Shown one piece after another: positions 39,113 to 49,416 of a stretch of DNA of 64,000 nucleotides. This stretch comes from Synechococcus sp. CO36386bin_29 (GTDB lineage Bacteria; Cyanobacteriota; Cyanobacteriia; PCC-6307; Cyanobiaceae), in assembly GCA_011523835.1 (NCBI GenBank), contig WTFZ01000194.1:134-64133 (forward strand). Reading direction: 5' to 3'. The notes beneath the pieces were generated by a model. It was not told the DNA's origin and did not search any database. It worked only from the letters and a program-made list of their open reading frames with translations. Every line of letters begins with the position of its first letter. Positions within the stretch are counted from its first letter, which is position 1. Position numbers and translations under genes: made by a program.

Positions 39113-40966
39113 GTGACGCTGACCTCCGCTCCCAAGGTCGATGCAGCGTCCGAAAAAGGTGATGGCTGCCGTCTGACCGGTGCCCATGCCCTGATGGACG
39201 CTCTGCGTCGCCATGGAGTCGACACGATTTTCGGCTATCCGGGCGGTGCCATTCTCCCGATCTATGACGCACTCCATGTGGCGGAGAGCGAAGGGTGGTT
39301 GCGCCATGTGCTGGTGCGGCATGAGCAGGGAGGAACCCACGCTGCTGATGCCTACGCACGGGCAACGGGTCGCGTTGGCGTCTGTTTCGGGACTTCAGGA
39401 CCTGGGGCTACCAATCTCGTGACCGGTATTGCCACCGCGCAGATGGATTCTGTACCGATGGTGGTGATCACCGGTCAGGTTCCCCGAACAGCAATCGGCA
39501 CCGATGCCTTTCAAGAAACCGACATTTTCGGCATCACCCTGCCGATCGTGAAGCATTCCTGGGTGGTTCGCGATCCTGCGGATCTGGCTTCGGTGGTCGC
39601 CCAGGCCTTTCACATCGCCGCCTCCGGCCGTCCAGGTCCGGTGCTGATCGATATTCCCAAAGATGTCGGACAGGAAGAGTTCGACTACGTGCCCGTGGAG
39701 CCAGGCACGGTGGTTCCGGCTGGATTCAAATCCACTCCCGCTCCCGATCTTGCCGCAGTTGCTGACGCACTGGCCTTGATCACCAAGGCAACCCGACCTC
39801 TCCTCTATGTGGGCGGTGGGGCGGTTGCCGCCTCAGCCCACGACAGTTTGAGAGTGCTGGCTGAGCGCTATCAGCTCCCAGTCACCACAACACTCATGGG
39901 GAAGGGGGCCTTTGATGAGAACCACCCCCTCGCGCTGGGGATGCTCGGCATGCATGGCACCGCCTATGCCAATTTCGCCGTCACTGACTGTGATCTTCTG
40001 ATTGCGGTGGGAGCGCGTTTCGATGACCGTGTGACCGGCAAACTCGATACCTTCGCCCCTCGGGCACGGGTGATTCATTTTGAAATCGACCCTGCTGAAG
40101 TCGGCAAGAACAGGCGAGCGGATGTGGCGGTGCTCGGAGACGTTGGAGCCAGCCTGGCAGCTCTCGTTGAACTGAGTTTGCAGCAGAGTCCCGAACCCCG
40201 TACAGCAGCCTGGCTTGAAAGGATCAAGGACTGGAAACAGCGCTATCCCCTGATGATTCCTCCCGCAGAAGGAGCGATCTATCCCCAGGAAGTGCTTCTG
40301 GCTGTGAGAGATCTGGCGTCCGATGCCATCGTTACCACCGATGTGGGCCAGCATCAGATGTGGGCTGCCCAGTACCTTCGCAACGGGCCTCGAGGCTGGA
40401 TCAGCAGCGCGGGTCTGGGAACGATGGGATTCGGCATGCCTGCAGCACTGGGTGCCCAGGTGGCCTGTCCCGATCGGAGAGTCGTCTGCATTGCAGGCGA
40501 TGCCAGCGTTCTGATGAACATTCAGGAACTTGGGACTCTCGCTCAGTACGACCTGCCCGTGACCGTGGTGATCGTGAATAATCACTGGCAGGGCATGGTT
40601 CGTCAGTGGCAGGAAAGCTTTTACGAGGAGCGGTATTCAGCCTCTGACATGCTGAAAGGGATGCCGGATTTCGAGCAGCTGGCGCGCTCCTTCGGCGTTG
40701 AGGGCATCAAGATTGTGGAGCGTGCCGATCTCAAATCGGGACTGGCTGCAGCCTTCGCCTCATCTCATCCCACGCTCGTGGATGTGCATGTGCGGCGTGG
40801 GGAGAACTGCTACCCAATGGTGCCGCCCGGCTGCAGCAATGCTCAGATGGTGGGTCTTCCTTCGCATCCTGAGCTGGCCATGGACACCACGCGCGACTGC
40901 CCTGCCTGTGGGGCCGTGACCTCCAATGAACATCGCTTCTGCCCATCCTGCGGGAGCGCATTGTGA
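39113..40966 (+). CDS. ilvB: Acetolactate synthase large subunit with C-terminal zinc ribbon
   Basis: FGYPGGAILP, RHEQG, TSGPGATN, GMLGMHG, RFDDRVTG, DVGQHQMW, GDAS..MN; ends CPACG-x9-CPSCG. Confidence 0.96.
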   Translation: MTLTSAPKVDAASEKGDGCRLTGAHALMDALRRHGVDTIFGYPGGAILPIYDALHVAESEGWLRHVLVRHEQGGTHAADAYARATGRVGVCFGTSGPGATNLVTGIATAQMDSVPMVVITGQVPRTAIGTDAFQETDIFGITLPIVKHSWVVRDPADLASVVAQAFHIAASGRPGPVLIDIPKDVGQEEFDYVPVEPGTVVPAGFKSTPAPDLAAVADALALITKATRPLLYVGGGAVAASAHDSLRVLAERYQLPVTTTLMGKGAFDENHPLALGMLGMHGTAYANFAVTDCDLLIAVGARFDDRVTGKLDTFAPRARVIHFEIDPAEVGKNRRADVAVLGDVGASLAALVELSLQQSPEPRTAAWLERIKDWKQRYPLMIPPAEGAIYPQEVLLAVRDLASDAIVTTDVGQHQMWAAQYLRNGPRGWISSAGLGTMGFGMPAALGAQVACPDRRVVCIAGDASVLMNIQELGTLAQYDLPVTVVIVNNHWQGMVRQWQESFYEERYSASDMLKGMPDFEQLARSFGVEGIKIVERADLKSGLAAAFASSHPTLVDVHVRRGENCYPMVPPGCSNAQMVGLPSHPELAMDTTRDCPACGAVTSNEHRFCPSCGSAL

Positions 40967-41322
40967 TGGGGCGACACGGACTTGGGGTTGTTCTGGCGCT
41001 GATGCTGCTGCTGGTTCAACCCTTGCTGACCCACGCTGCTGAAGTCCTTCAGGTCCGTGAAGCAACGCTTCTGCAGGTGGGCGATCGCAACCGCAACTAC
41101 AGCGTTCGTCTGGCCTGCATCGAGGTCTCGCCCGACGACCAGCAGCTGGCGATTGACTGGTTACGCCAGGCGCTTCCTCGTCGTCGTCGCGTCAATCTGC
41201 GTCCAGAGGGAAGTGCTGATGGTCTTCTGCTTGCGCGCGTGACGCCGATCGGTGATGAACAGGATTTGGGAGCTGCTCTGGTCGATGAGGGCCTGGCCCA
41301 CGCAACCTGTCCTCCCGTTTGA
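40963..41322 (+). CDS. Secreted thermonuclease (SNase)-fold protein lacking catalytic residues
   Basis: Signal peptide, V.QV, VRLACIE, LLARV, L...LV..GLA pattern of the SNase fold. Confidence 0.65.
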   Translation: MMGRHGLGVVLALMLLLVQPLLTHAAEVLQVREATLLQVGDRNRNYSVRLACIEVSPDDQQLAIDWLRQALPRRRRVNLRPEGSADGLLLARVTPIGDEQDLGAALVDEGLAHATCPPV

Positions 41323-41323
41323 G

Positions 41324-41554
41324 ATGGCACGCAACCGAATCGCCTCCGGCATCGTGATGGTCCCTTGCTTTCTCCTTGGGTCAGCATTCTTCAGCACAGC
41401 GATCTGGGGCGATGTCGCTTCCGGTAATCGACCGCTTGCGGTGGGAATCGGGGCTTTGCTTGTGCTGGCAGGTGGTCTCGCTCTCTTGATTCAGGGGGAT
41501 GACCCCCATGCCAATCAGTCGAATCCTGTGACAAAACCGGAAGATTCAGCCTGA
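41324..41554 (+). CDS. Small two-TM conserved protein (GIVxVP type)
   Basis: MARNRIASGIVMVPC..LGSAF, second TM. Confidence 0.7.
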   Translation: MARNRIASGIVMVPCFLLGSAFFSTAIWGDVASGNRPLAVGIGALLVLAGGLALLIQGDDPHANQSNPVTKPEDSA

Positions 41555-41588
41555 TCTCCCTAGCTTCAGTACTTGAGGGCGTTCTGCC

Positions 41589-42845
41589 ATGGCTCATCCC
41601 TCTGAAGCCTCTTCCACGATTTCTGCTTCGGATCAATCCGAAGTCATCGCTCGATCTGATGTTGAAGGTCGGCATCGTTCTTCCGTCCTCGGACTTCTGC
41701 AATCTGGTTTTGTTCTCCTGGCCACGGTGATCGGCTGCCAGGCCCTCTCGGCCAGTTCTTCGTCGCGATCCACCGTAGTTGCAATCACCCATGCTGATGG
41801 GCCTGCCGCCAGTGCCGCATTCATGGGCGGGTTTGCTGTCGGGGTTGCTCAGGTCAGATCCTGTGGTTTCGATCCAGCTTCCATTGACTGGATCTTCATG
41901 GCTCCTGGTGATGATCCGACCGCTCTTCTGGGTCCACAGGTGTCGTTGTTGGTGGCGCCTTTCTCCGCAGATCTGGCCATCTATTCGCAGCTCGCCAGCC
42001 AACGCAAGCTTGGGGTTCTGCTTCCCTATCAGCGTGGTGATTCCCTCGGGAGCCTTGCTGAACTGGATCCTGAAGGTCGCCTCCATCCAGTTGTTCCCTC
42101 GTATCACCAAGATCTCAACCAACTGGCCGGCGATCTGCTGGATCAAGGCATTCAGCGGGTGATGGTGGTGGCTGATCCGACTGATCGAAGCGCTGATCAG
42201 GCGGAGGCGTTTGTTCTGGCCTTCCAGGGGGAGGGTGGAACCGTGGAGTCTTACGAACCATCCCTGGTGCAGCTGGTCAACTCCGAGGACGCGGCCGCTC
42301 TGGAACGCTTGTTCAAGGATGTGTCCTGGAAGGGACCTCAGGCCATCGTTTTGGCCGCGGCCCATGACAGTGCCCTGGCCCAAGCATTCGATCAGGCTCA
42401 GGACTCTGGCCGCCTCGGACAACGCCCCGAGGCGCTCCTTCGAGTCTGGTTGCTGCCCCATCACCGTGTGAGGGATCTGTCCGAACGTTCGTGGCCGCAG
42501 TTCATCGTGGATCGCCCTGCTCATGGTCCAGGGTGGAATGACTTCGCGGCCCTCTACCGCCGTTCACGTGGTGATCAGCCCTCGTTGATGGCGGCGGCTG
42601 GATTCGACTCGGCGCGGCTTCTGGCGCTCTCATCTCTGGCTCCACCCCCAGTTTCGACTGAGGGAACCAGGGATCCACTGGGTTGGCTGGATTCTGATCG
42701 AGAGCCGAAACCCTTATGCGCTGCGATCGCCGATCGCCTTCGCGGAGAGCCGGTACGTCTGATCGGTGCGGCGAGCGATCTGGTGTCGCGTCCGGGACAG
42801 TCACCCTCCGGGGAGGCCATCACCCGTTTGATTCCCGGCCGGTAG
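41589..42845 (+). CDS. Type 1 periplasmic-binding-fold protein (LppC/LivK-like)
   Basis: F..G...G, APFS, F..AF...GG, F..LY....G..P...AA.GFDSA.LL. Confidence 0.65.
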   Translation: MAHPSEASSTISASDQSEVIARSDVEGRHRSSVLGLLQSGFVLLATVIGCQALSASSSSRSTVVAITHADGPAASAAFMGGFAVGVAQVRSCGFDPASIDWIFMAPGDDPTALLGPQVSLLVAPFSADLAIYSQLASQRKLGVLLPYQRGDSLGSLAELDPEGRLHPVVPSYHQDLNQLAGDLLDQGIQRVMVVADPTDRSADQAEAFVLAFQGEGGTVESYEPSLVQLVNSEDAAALERLFKDVSWKGPQAIVLAAAHDSALAQAFDQAQDSGRLGQRPEALLRVWLLPHHRVRDLSERSWPQFIVDRPAHGPGWNDFAALYRRSRGDQPSLMAAAGFDSARLLALSSLAPPPVSTEGTRDPLGWLDSDREPKPLCAAIADRLRGEPVRLIGAASDLVSRPGQSPSGEAITRLIPGR

Positions 42846-42881
42846 GTTTTCAGAGGGGACCATCTGCGGGAGATCGGACTT

Positions 42882-44552
42882 GTGCTGAGGCTGAGCGAGA
42901 TCCGTTTGGAGCTTGATCACACCGAGGAGGATCTGGATCGGGCCGTTCTTCGTCGTCTCAAGATTCCTCAGGATCATCTGCTCGAACGCCATCTGGTGAA
43001 ACGCAGCATCGATGCGCGGCGTCGTGATCGGATTCGTCTCATCTACAGCGTGGATGTGCGAGTGCGTGGAGAGGAGACGCTGCTCCGGCGGCGTGGATCC
43101 GATCGTCGAATTCGCCGCAGTCCTGATGAGAAATATCACTACGTTGCACAGGCTCCGGCCTCCTCCGGCGCGGCGGATGGACCGCTTCGCCCTGTTGTGA
43201 TCGGAGCTGGTCCTTGCGGTTATTTCGCGGCCCTTCTTCTGGCTCAGATGGGCTTTCGGCCCCTACTGCTGGAGCGCGGTCAGCCTGTGAAGCAGCGCAG
43301 TGCTGACACCTTCGGATTCTGGAGAAGGACTTCGGAGTTTCAGCCAGAATCCAACGCGCAGTTTGGCGAGGGGGGGGCGGGAACTTTTTCCGATGGCAAG
43401 CTGTACAGCCAGGTGAGTGATCCTGCGCACTACGGCAGGAAAGTGCTGGAGGAACTTGTTGCCTGTGGTGCCAACCGTGAAATCCTCACGCTGCATCGCC
43501 CGCATATCGGGACCTTCAAGCTCGCCACTGTGGTGAGGGGACTACGGGCTCGGATCGAGGCTCTGGGTGGGGAGGTGCGCTTTGGAAGCCGGGTGGATGC
43601 CCTGGAGATCGAACCAACGTCAAATCCCGCGACCAAACTCCTGAAGCTTTCCGGTCTGACGCTGTCCGATGGCACGCATCTGGCTTGTGACCAGCTGGTT
43701 CTGGCTCCAGGACATTCGGCCAGAGACACCTTCGAGATGCTGGAAGAGGTCGGTGTTGCACTGGAACGCAAACCGTTTGCCATCGGCGTTCGCATCGAAC
43801 ACCCACAGGATCTGATCGATCGTGCACGCTGGGGAGACTGCGCTGGTCATCCACTTCTCGGTGCGGCCGAGTACAAGCTGGTGCATCACGCCAGGAATGG
43901 CCGCTGCGTCTACAGCTTTTGTATGTGCCCAGGCGGATTTGTGGTGGGCGCGACCTCTGAGCCAGGTCGAGTTGTGACGAACGGCATGAGCCAACACTCC
44001 CGCAATGAGCGCAACGCCAACAGTGGGCTCGTCATCCCTGTCTTGGATGAGGACCTGCAGGCTCATGAGCGCTTCCCGGGGGACCCCCTGGCGGGCATGG
44101 CGTTTCAACGTGCGCTTGAAGGCCTTGCCTTCGAGCTGGGTGGATGCGATTACAGCGCACCTATCCAGCGTCTGGAGGACCTGCTCGAGGGCCGTGCATC
44201 AACGGACGTGGGCTCGGTGACACCTTCGTACCAGCCAGGTGTACGTCCGTGCGATCTCGCAGAACTGTTGCCAGCGTCGATGACGGCTGCGCTCAGGGAG
44301 GCTCTGCCGGCTTTTGCCAAGCAACTCCCCGGCTACGACCACCCCGATGCCGTGCTCACGGCGATTGAAACGCGAACATCCTCGCCACTGCGCATTCCGC
44401 GCGATGAAGCCTTTGAATCGATCAACGTGCAGGGGTTGACTCCCGCTGGTGAGGGAGCCGGGTTCGCAGGGGGCATTTTGTCGGCCGCGATTGACGGAAT
44501 CCGGGTTGCGGAAGCTGTGGCCCTACGTCTCGTGGAACGTTCCGAGACATGA
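42882..44552 (+). CDS. Uncharacterised FAD-dependent dehydrogenase
   Basis: KRSIDARR, VIGAGPCG, FGEGGAGTFSDGKL, GHSARDT, YSFCMCPGG, ETRTSSP, GEGAG.AGGILSAA.DG. Confidence 0.9.
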   Translation: MLRLSEIRLELDHTEEDLDRAVLRRLKIPQDHLLERHLVKRSIDARRRDRIRLIYSVDVRVRGEETLLRRRGSDRRIRRSPDEKYHYVAQAPASSGAADGPLRPVVIGAGPCGYFAALLLAQMGFRPLLLERGQPVKQRSADTFGFWRRTSEFQPESNAQFGEGGAGTFSDGKLYSQVSDPAHYGRKVLEELVACGANREILTLHRPHIGTFKLATVVRGLRARIEALGGEVRFGSRVDALEIEPTSNPATKLLKLSGLTLSDGTHLACDQLVLAPGHSARDTFEMLEEVGVALERKPFAIGVRIEHPQDLIDRARWGDCAGHPLLGAAEYKLVHHARNGRCVYSFCMCPGGFVVGATSEPGRVVTNGMSQHSRNERNANSGLVIPVLDEDLQAHERFPGDPLAGMAFQRALEGLAFELGGCDYSAPIQRLEDLLEGRASTDVGSVTPSYQPGVRPCDLAELLPASMTAALREALPAFAKQLPGYDHPDAVLTAIETRTSSPLRIPRDEAFESINVQGLTPAGEGAGFAGGILSAAIDGIRVAEAVALRLVERSET

Positions 44553-44564
44553 CCTTGGCTGGGA

Positions 44565-45389
44565 TCATTCCGCCGCCTGAGCGACGATCCCACTCCACTG
44601 CACCGCTTTCACCTGATCACGTCGCCAGGAGTGGAACAGGTCGGGTTCACTGACTGTGCAAAGAGGGCACAGGGTGATCCTGTCCGGTCGTAGACCCAAG
44701 TTCACCAGCTGGAGGGAGGCAGCCCTGCGAATATCGAGGCGGCAGCGACCGTCTTCGGGGTCCTCACGGATGATTCCGTTCTGTTCCAGCCCATCGTGAC
44801 GTCGCTCTGCCTTCCCTAAGGAGGCTCCGACCTGCTGGGCGACGGCGTCTTCAACCTGATAAGCCTCTCCGCTCACGGCAGGACCCATCGCAACCAGAAG
44901 GCGATGCCGTTGGGCACCCAGGGCTTCCAGTTGAGACACTGCTTCCGGGAGAATCCGGCTGGCGACGCCTCGCCAGCCGGCATGACAGGCCGCGACATGC
45001 CCGCTGTCTGGGTCGGCAATCAGAATCGGTGTGCAGTCAGCACCGCAGACCCAGAGACTTTGCCCACCTCGATCGCTCACAAGCCCGTCGGCTTCAGGCC
45101 AGGGGAATTCAGCAGCTTTCGAGGCTGGTAATACGACATTGCCATGAACCTGTTGAGGACGGTGCACACTCACGCCTGCTGAGAGGTACCCGGCCAGCTC
45201 GTCAGGGCCCCGACCCTGCCATCGACGGGTAAAAAAACCGTGTTCAAACCCCTGTGCATGGAGGAGGTCCGACGTCAGGTAGTACCCCCCGTAACAGCCG
45301 ACCCAGGTCCACTGCTCAAGTGCATTGAAGCAGCGGTCAGGGCGCTGGAAGGGATCAGCGTCGCTCCTCCTGGGTTTGCTTGAATCCAT
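44565..45389 (-). CDS. pgeF: PgeF/YfiH (laccase-domain, purine nucleoside enzyme) family protein
   Basis: HGFFTR, QVHG, ADG, ADC.P.L, HAGWRG, GPA....Y.V, CT......SWRR. Confidence 0.92.
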   Translation of the reverse strand: MDSSKPRRSDADPFQRPDRCFNALEQWTWVGCYGGYYLTSDLLHAQGFEHGFFTRRWQGRGPDELAGYLSAGVSVHRPQQVHGNVVLPASKAAEFPWPEADGLVSDRGGQSLWVCGADCTPILIADPDSGHVAACHAGWRGVASRILPEAVSQLEALGAQRHRLLVAMGPAVSGEAYQVEDAVAQQVGASLGKAERRHDGLEQNGIIREDPEDGRCRLDIRRAASLQLVNLGLRPDRITLCPLCTVSEPDLFHSWRRDQVKAVQWSGIVAQAAE

Positions 45390-45391
45390 GC

Positions 45392-46306
45392 TCAGGCTTC
45401 GGGTTGATCCCTGAGCATCCAGAACCCGTCAAACCGCTGGCTTTCAGGAGTGGTCTGCACGGAGATGAATTGCAGACCGCGTGTCCTGTTGACGGAGTCG
45501 ACCAGAGCCTCTCGGCATTGATTCGCCTCCATCGGGCCAAGGTCGCTGACCAGCCAGCTGTCATCCTGACCGGCTTCAAGGACCAGTTGCTGGTCGTTCA
45601 CCCGCAATCGCACAGGTTCCAGTCCCCCAAGCCAGCCTGCTAGGGCGAGGGCTCGGGTTTGGCTGAAGAGACGCAGGCCAGGAACCGGAAGCTCAGGATC
45701 CATTCCCTCTGGAATTGGAAGCAGATCATTGAATCCCAAGGGCCATTCAGCAGCTTCAAGCAGACTTCCCAACGGAAGGGCTGCCCAGCACCAGGCGTCT
45801 CCTCGAACGGCCTCAGGCAAAGGCAGCGGAGGAGTGGCAACGGGAGCGGGAGGTGGTGCGATCGGACCGGCCATGAATCCTTCGTCGAGGGGATACACGC
45901 TGCGCTCACGTTCCTCCAGCCAATCGAGGAGTGCATAGGTTCTCCTACTCGGGATCATTTCCAGGCCAAGTTCGCTGGCAGCGCGTTGAACCATCGTGCG
46001 CATCGCGCTGCGCCACGTACGCAGCCGTCTCGGCGACAACCATCCCTGTTCGTTGGCTGTCTCCAAAGCTTCCCGCAGGGCTGAAGCAAGCCAGGTGGAA
46101 TTCACGTCCCCTGCCGGGCAGCGTTTTTCAAAACGGAAACAATTGGGCTCCGACGGGGTGGGAGTGCTTGTGATCAGCAGTTCCCAACGCTTTTTCCCAT
46201 CGGCTTCAAGGATCGGTCTCGAATAGAAATCAAGTTCCCAGTCAGCCTGATTCTGGACCGAGGATGACTTTCCATTGTTTCCGGCGGTCTGGGAGGCGGT
46301 CATCAT
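45392..46306 (-). CDS. Tab2/Atab2 family RNA-binding protein
   Basis: WELDFYSRP....GKKRWELLI, VNS.WL, SRRT..L..WL.ER..VYP...G, LPEAVRGD.W. Confidence 0.9.
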   Translation of the reverse strand: MMTASQTAGNNGKSSSVQNQADWELDFYSRPILEADGKKRWELLITSTPTPSEPNCFRFEKRCPAGDVNSTWLASALREALETANEQGWLSPRRLRTWRSAMRTMVQRAASELGLEMIPSRRTYALLDWLEERERSVYPLDEGFMAGPIAPPPAPVATPPLPLPEAVRGDAWCWAALPLGSLLEAAEWPLGFNDLLPIPEGMDPELPVPGLRLFSQTRALALAGWLGGLEPVRLRVNDQQLVLEAGQDDSWLVSDLGPMEANQCREALVDSVNRTRGLQFISVQTTPESQRFDGFWMLRDQPEA

Positions 46307-47601
46307 CCAGCTGACTGTTCCTGCTGCCTGAGGACGTTACGAGCTCTGTTGGCACGATCGGTCGCTTCCTCCATCACGCCATCACGGTTGATGAGGAGTT
46401 CACCAGGCTGCCCCTCAAGCAAGGCCGTGTTGAGGGCAATGCGTCCGCGTCCAGGATCAAGCTCTGTGATGAGTGCCTTCACGGTGTCACCTTGATCAAA
46501 GACTTCCCGGATCGATCGCAGGCTTCCACCGGTGATCATGGACTGATGGAGAAGTCCGCTGATGCCCCCGAGATCAATGAACAACCCATAGGGCTTGACA
46601 GCAGCCACAAGCCCCTCGACCAGCTGGCCGACTTCCAACTCGGCGAAGCGAGATGCGGTGGCGGCTTTCTTTTCTGACAGCACAAGTTTTCTAGTCTCGG
46701 GATTGACCTCCAGAAAGGCGACACCCAGGGTCTTGCCAACAAGTGCCTCGTGGTTCTCGCCATTTTGAAGTTGGGATCTGGGGATGAAGCCACGGAGACC
46801 CTCAAGATCACAGGTGACACCGCCGCGGTTGAAACCTGTCACCTTCACTTGGGCCACCTTGCCCTCCTTCTCGAGATTCTTCACCTTGTCCCAGCTCTGG
46901 CGCAGCGCCAGGGCCCTGCAGCTGATCGTGACCATGCCGTCAGCGTTCTGTTCCCGGGTCACCAGCACCTGGATTTCGAGGCCTTTTGGGAACCTCTCCT
47001 TCAGGTTTGTGATGACCCCTAAACCACACTCACTTTTTGGCATGAAGCCAGGAGCCTTGCCGCCGATGTCGACATAAACACCATCGCTTTCCATCCCGAT
47101 CACTGTTCCAGTGACCACATCGCCAGTGGTGCCGACGGGCTCGTTTTCGTCCAGAGCAGCCAGGAAGGCATCCTCATCAAAATCGAAGTCATCGACACTG
47201 CGCTGACGTCCTCCAGGGGCCTGCTCCATCGGCGCAGGCTTGCCTCGAGGTTCCGATGCGCCCATGAGATCGGCCATGGTCATGCCGCCGAAATCATCGT
47301 CCTCAGGGGATCGGATCAGCTCCGACTCCGTTGCGCGGGGGGCTGCAGGAGTGGGTGCCTGAGCCTGAGGAGGTGGCGCGAGAGACGTCCCGGCTTCTCG
47401 GGCAGCTTGCTCGAGTTGTTCTGCCTTCGCCGCTGCAGCGTTCGCGGCGGCTCGGGCTTCCTCTGCTTCCCGAAGGAGACGATCCTGCTCATCGCGCTTG
47501 CTGATGTGCATCACCTGCAAGGGCTTCTTCGGCGGCTGTGGGGAGGAAGTGGCTGCCTTGCGGGACTCTGCTGATGAATTCTGACGTTCTGTGCCGGCCA
47601 T
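46303..47601 (-). CDS. Ribosomal protein S1 homologue B (three S1 domains, long N-terminal extension)
   Basis: VYVDIGGKAPGFMP..E, NRGG...D.EGLRGFIP.S, KPYG.F.D.GG.SGLLH. Confidence 0.9.
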   Translation of the reverse strand: MAGTERQNSSAESRKAATSSPQPPKKPLQVMHISKRDEQDRLLREAEEARAAANAAAAKAEQLEQAAREAGTSLAPPPQAQAPTPAAPRATESELIRSPEDDDFGGMTMADLMGASEPRGKPAPMEQAPGGRQRSVDDFDFDEDAFLAALDENEPVGTTGDVVTGTVIGMESDGVYVDIGGKAPGFMPKSECGLGVITNLKERFPKGLEIQVLVTREQNADGMVTISCRALALRQSWDKVKNLEKEGKVAQVKVTGFNRGGVTCDLEGLRGFIPRSQLQNGENHEALVGKTLGVAFLEVNPETRKLVLSEKKAATASRFAELEVGQLVEGLVAAVKPYGLFIDLGGISGLLHQSMITGGSLRSIREVFDQGDTVKALITELDPGRGRIALNTALLEGQPGELLINRDGVMEEATDRANRARNVLRQQEQSAG

Positions 47602-47628
47602 GGGACCCGTCGTCCTTGATCGATCAGT

Positions 47629-48498
47629 TTGACAGGAGATGGTGAAATTCAGATGGAATGCTCGGATTCCTGCAGATCACGACGGCTGGATTTCCTGCGT
47701 TGGCCTGAAGCTGAATCGGGGCTTCAGGCTCACCGTTCAACATTGGTTTGGCCATTCGGTGCGATGGAACAGCACGGTCCGCAGCTGCCTCTCGCAACGG
47801 ATGCCCTGTTTGCGGAGATGATTCTCTTCCGCGTTCTGGAGTCGCTCCCTGACGAGTGGCCGATCTGGGCGCTCCCTCCTCAATCAATCGGTCTATCACC
47901 GGAACATCGAGGATTTCCTGGAACCCTGAGTCTCAGTGCCGATCTGCTGATCCGCCTGGTCGTCCAGGTGGGGGAGCAGCTTGCGGACCAGGGGGCGAAG
48001 CGACTTGTACTGTTCAATGCCCACGGTGGGCAGATCGGGTTGTTGCAGGCCGCCGCTCGCGAATTGGCGGTCCGCGCCCCAACGATGGCCGTCTTGCCTT
48101 GTTTTCTCTGGAGTGGTGTCGCGGGGCTTGAGGATCTCATCCCATGCCAGGAGCTCCAGAACGGGCTTCACGCAGGGCTCGCGGAGACCAGTCTCATGCT
48201 GGCCCTGGCACCTGAACTCGTCGGACCGGAGCGCCCCTGCGACGGTCTCCGACCTGCAGTACCTCCACCGGAGGGGTGGAGTCTCGAGGGTGCCGCTCCT
48301 TGCGCATGGTTTACCGCTGACATCAGCAGCAGTGGCGTTGTCGGAGACAGTCGTGGAGCCAACGCCTCGATTGGACAGCGTTTGAATGCTGCCCTTATGG
48401 AGCATTGGAGCAACCAGTTCAGGAGTTTGATGATCTCGGATTGGCCGCCCTCGGCCGGTGCCAGGCGTGTGCGAAGACCATCAACCGAACATCCATAA
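47629..48498 (+). CDS. Creatininase-family amidohydrolase
   Basis: P.GA.EQHGP.LPL.TD, S.EH..FPGT, NAHGGQ, HAG..ETS, SGVVGD; start uncertain. Confidence 0.88.
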   Translation: MTGDGEIQMECSDSCRSRRLDFLRWPEAESGLQAHRSTLVWPFGAMEQHGPQLPLATDALFAEMILFRVLESLPDEWPIWALPPQSIGLSPEHRGFPGTLSLSADLLIRLVVQVGEQLADQGAKRLVLFNAHGGQIGLLQAAARELAVRAPTMAVLPCFLWSGVAGLEDLIPCQELQNGLHAGLAETSLMLALAPELVGPERPCDGLRPAVPPPEGWSLEGAAPCAWFTADISSSGVVGDSRGANASIGQRLNAALMEHWSNQFRSLMISDWPPSAGARRVRRPSTEHP

Positions 48499-48547
48499 TC
48501 GGTGGCTCTGGTTACAGTCGGTCGCACTGATGAATACGGAAAAATCT

Positions 48548-49279
48548 ATGACGACCCCTGTCACCTCCGAGGTCGCCGTTCTAGACGAGCAGACTGGGTC
48601 CACCCAGGCTCTCCCCGACTTTTCCAGCGAGGCTTACAAGGATGCCTACAGCCGGATCAATGCGATCGTCATCGAAGGTGAGCAGGAAGCCCACGACAAT
48701 TACATCTCACTCGGCACTCTGATTCCCGATCAGGCCGACGAATTGGCTCGCTTGGCCAGAATGGAGATGAAGCACATGAAGGGATTCACCTCCTGCGGTC
48801 GCAATCTCGGAGTGGATGCTGATATGCCCTTCGCGAAAGATTTTTTTGCTCCCCTCCATGGCAATTTTCAGACGGCTCTGAAAGAAGGAAAGGTTGTGAC
48901 CTGCCTCCTCATCCAGGCCTTGTTGATTGAAGCTTTCGCGATTTCGGCTTACCACATTTATATCCCGGTCGCAGATCCCTTCGCGCGCAAGATCACTGAG
49001 GGTGTTGTCAAGGATGAGTACACCCATCTCAACTACGGTCAGGAGTGGCTTAAGGCCAACTTCGAGGCCAGTCGCGACGAGTTGATGGAAGCCAACAAAG
49101 TGAATCTGCCCTTGATTCGCTCGATGCTCGAGCAGGTTGCTGAAGATGCCGCTGTTCTCAAGATGGAGAAAGAAGATCTCATCGAAGATTTCCTGATCGC
49201 TTACCAGGAGGCCTTGGAGCAGATCGGTTTCACCTCGAGAGATATTGCTCGGATGGCTGCTGCGGCTCTCGCGATCTGA
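48548..49279 (+). CDS. ado: Aldehyde deformylating oxygenase
   Basis: [44 protein letters not shown] di-iron motifs. Confidence 0.97.
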   Translation: MTTPVTSEVAVLDEQTGSTQALPDFSSEAYKDAYSRINAIVIEGEQEAHDNYISLGTLIPDQADELARLARMEMKHMKGFTSCGRNLGVDADMPFAKDFFAPLHGNFQTALKEGKVVTCLLIQALLIEAFAISAYHIYIPVADPFARKITEGVVKDEYTHLNYGQEWLKANFEASRDELMEANKVNLPLIRSMLEQVAEDAAVLKMEKEDLIEDFLIAYQEALEQIGFTSRDIARMAAAALAI

Positions 49280-49416
49280 GCAGAAAGACCCTGATCTGGT
49301 CCGGTTCCCCCACAGGCACGATATGCAGAGCACATGCCGACGTGGGACGATGATCGATCAGCCCACCATCAGGTGCGGTTCTGTTCCATGCGTTTACACA
49401 CGACCGTCGGCGGCAC

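Noticed and set aside
2359-42730. Scattered GCGATCGC (HIP1) octamers
   Set aside because: Only a handful were noticed in 64 kb, far from the dense HIP1 pattern of freshwater cyanobacteria; not a repeat system here.
43370-43377. G8 homopolymer in the FAD dehydrogenase (and G7 at 8946-8952 in priA) as phase-variation tracts
   Set aside because: Both encode Gly-Gly in conserved in-frame motifs of housekeeping genes and are short.
49280-49416. Short palindromes in the ado-aar spacer (TGATCGATCA; GCCGACG/CGTCGGC)
   Set aside because: Too short to distinguish from chance in a GATC-rich genome.
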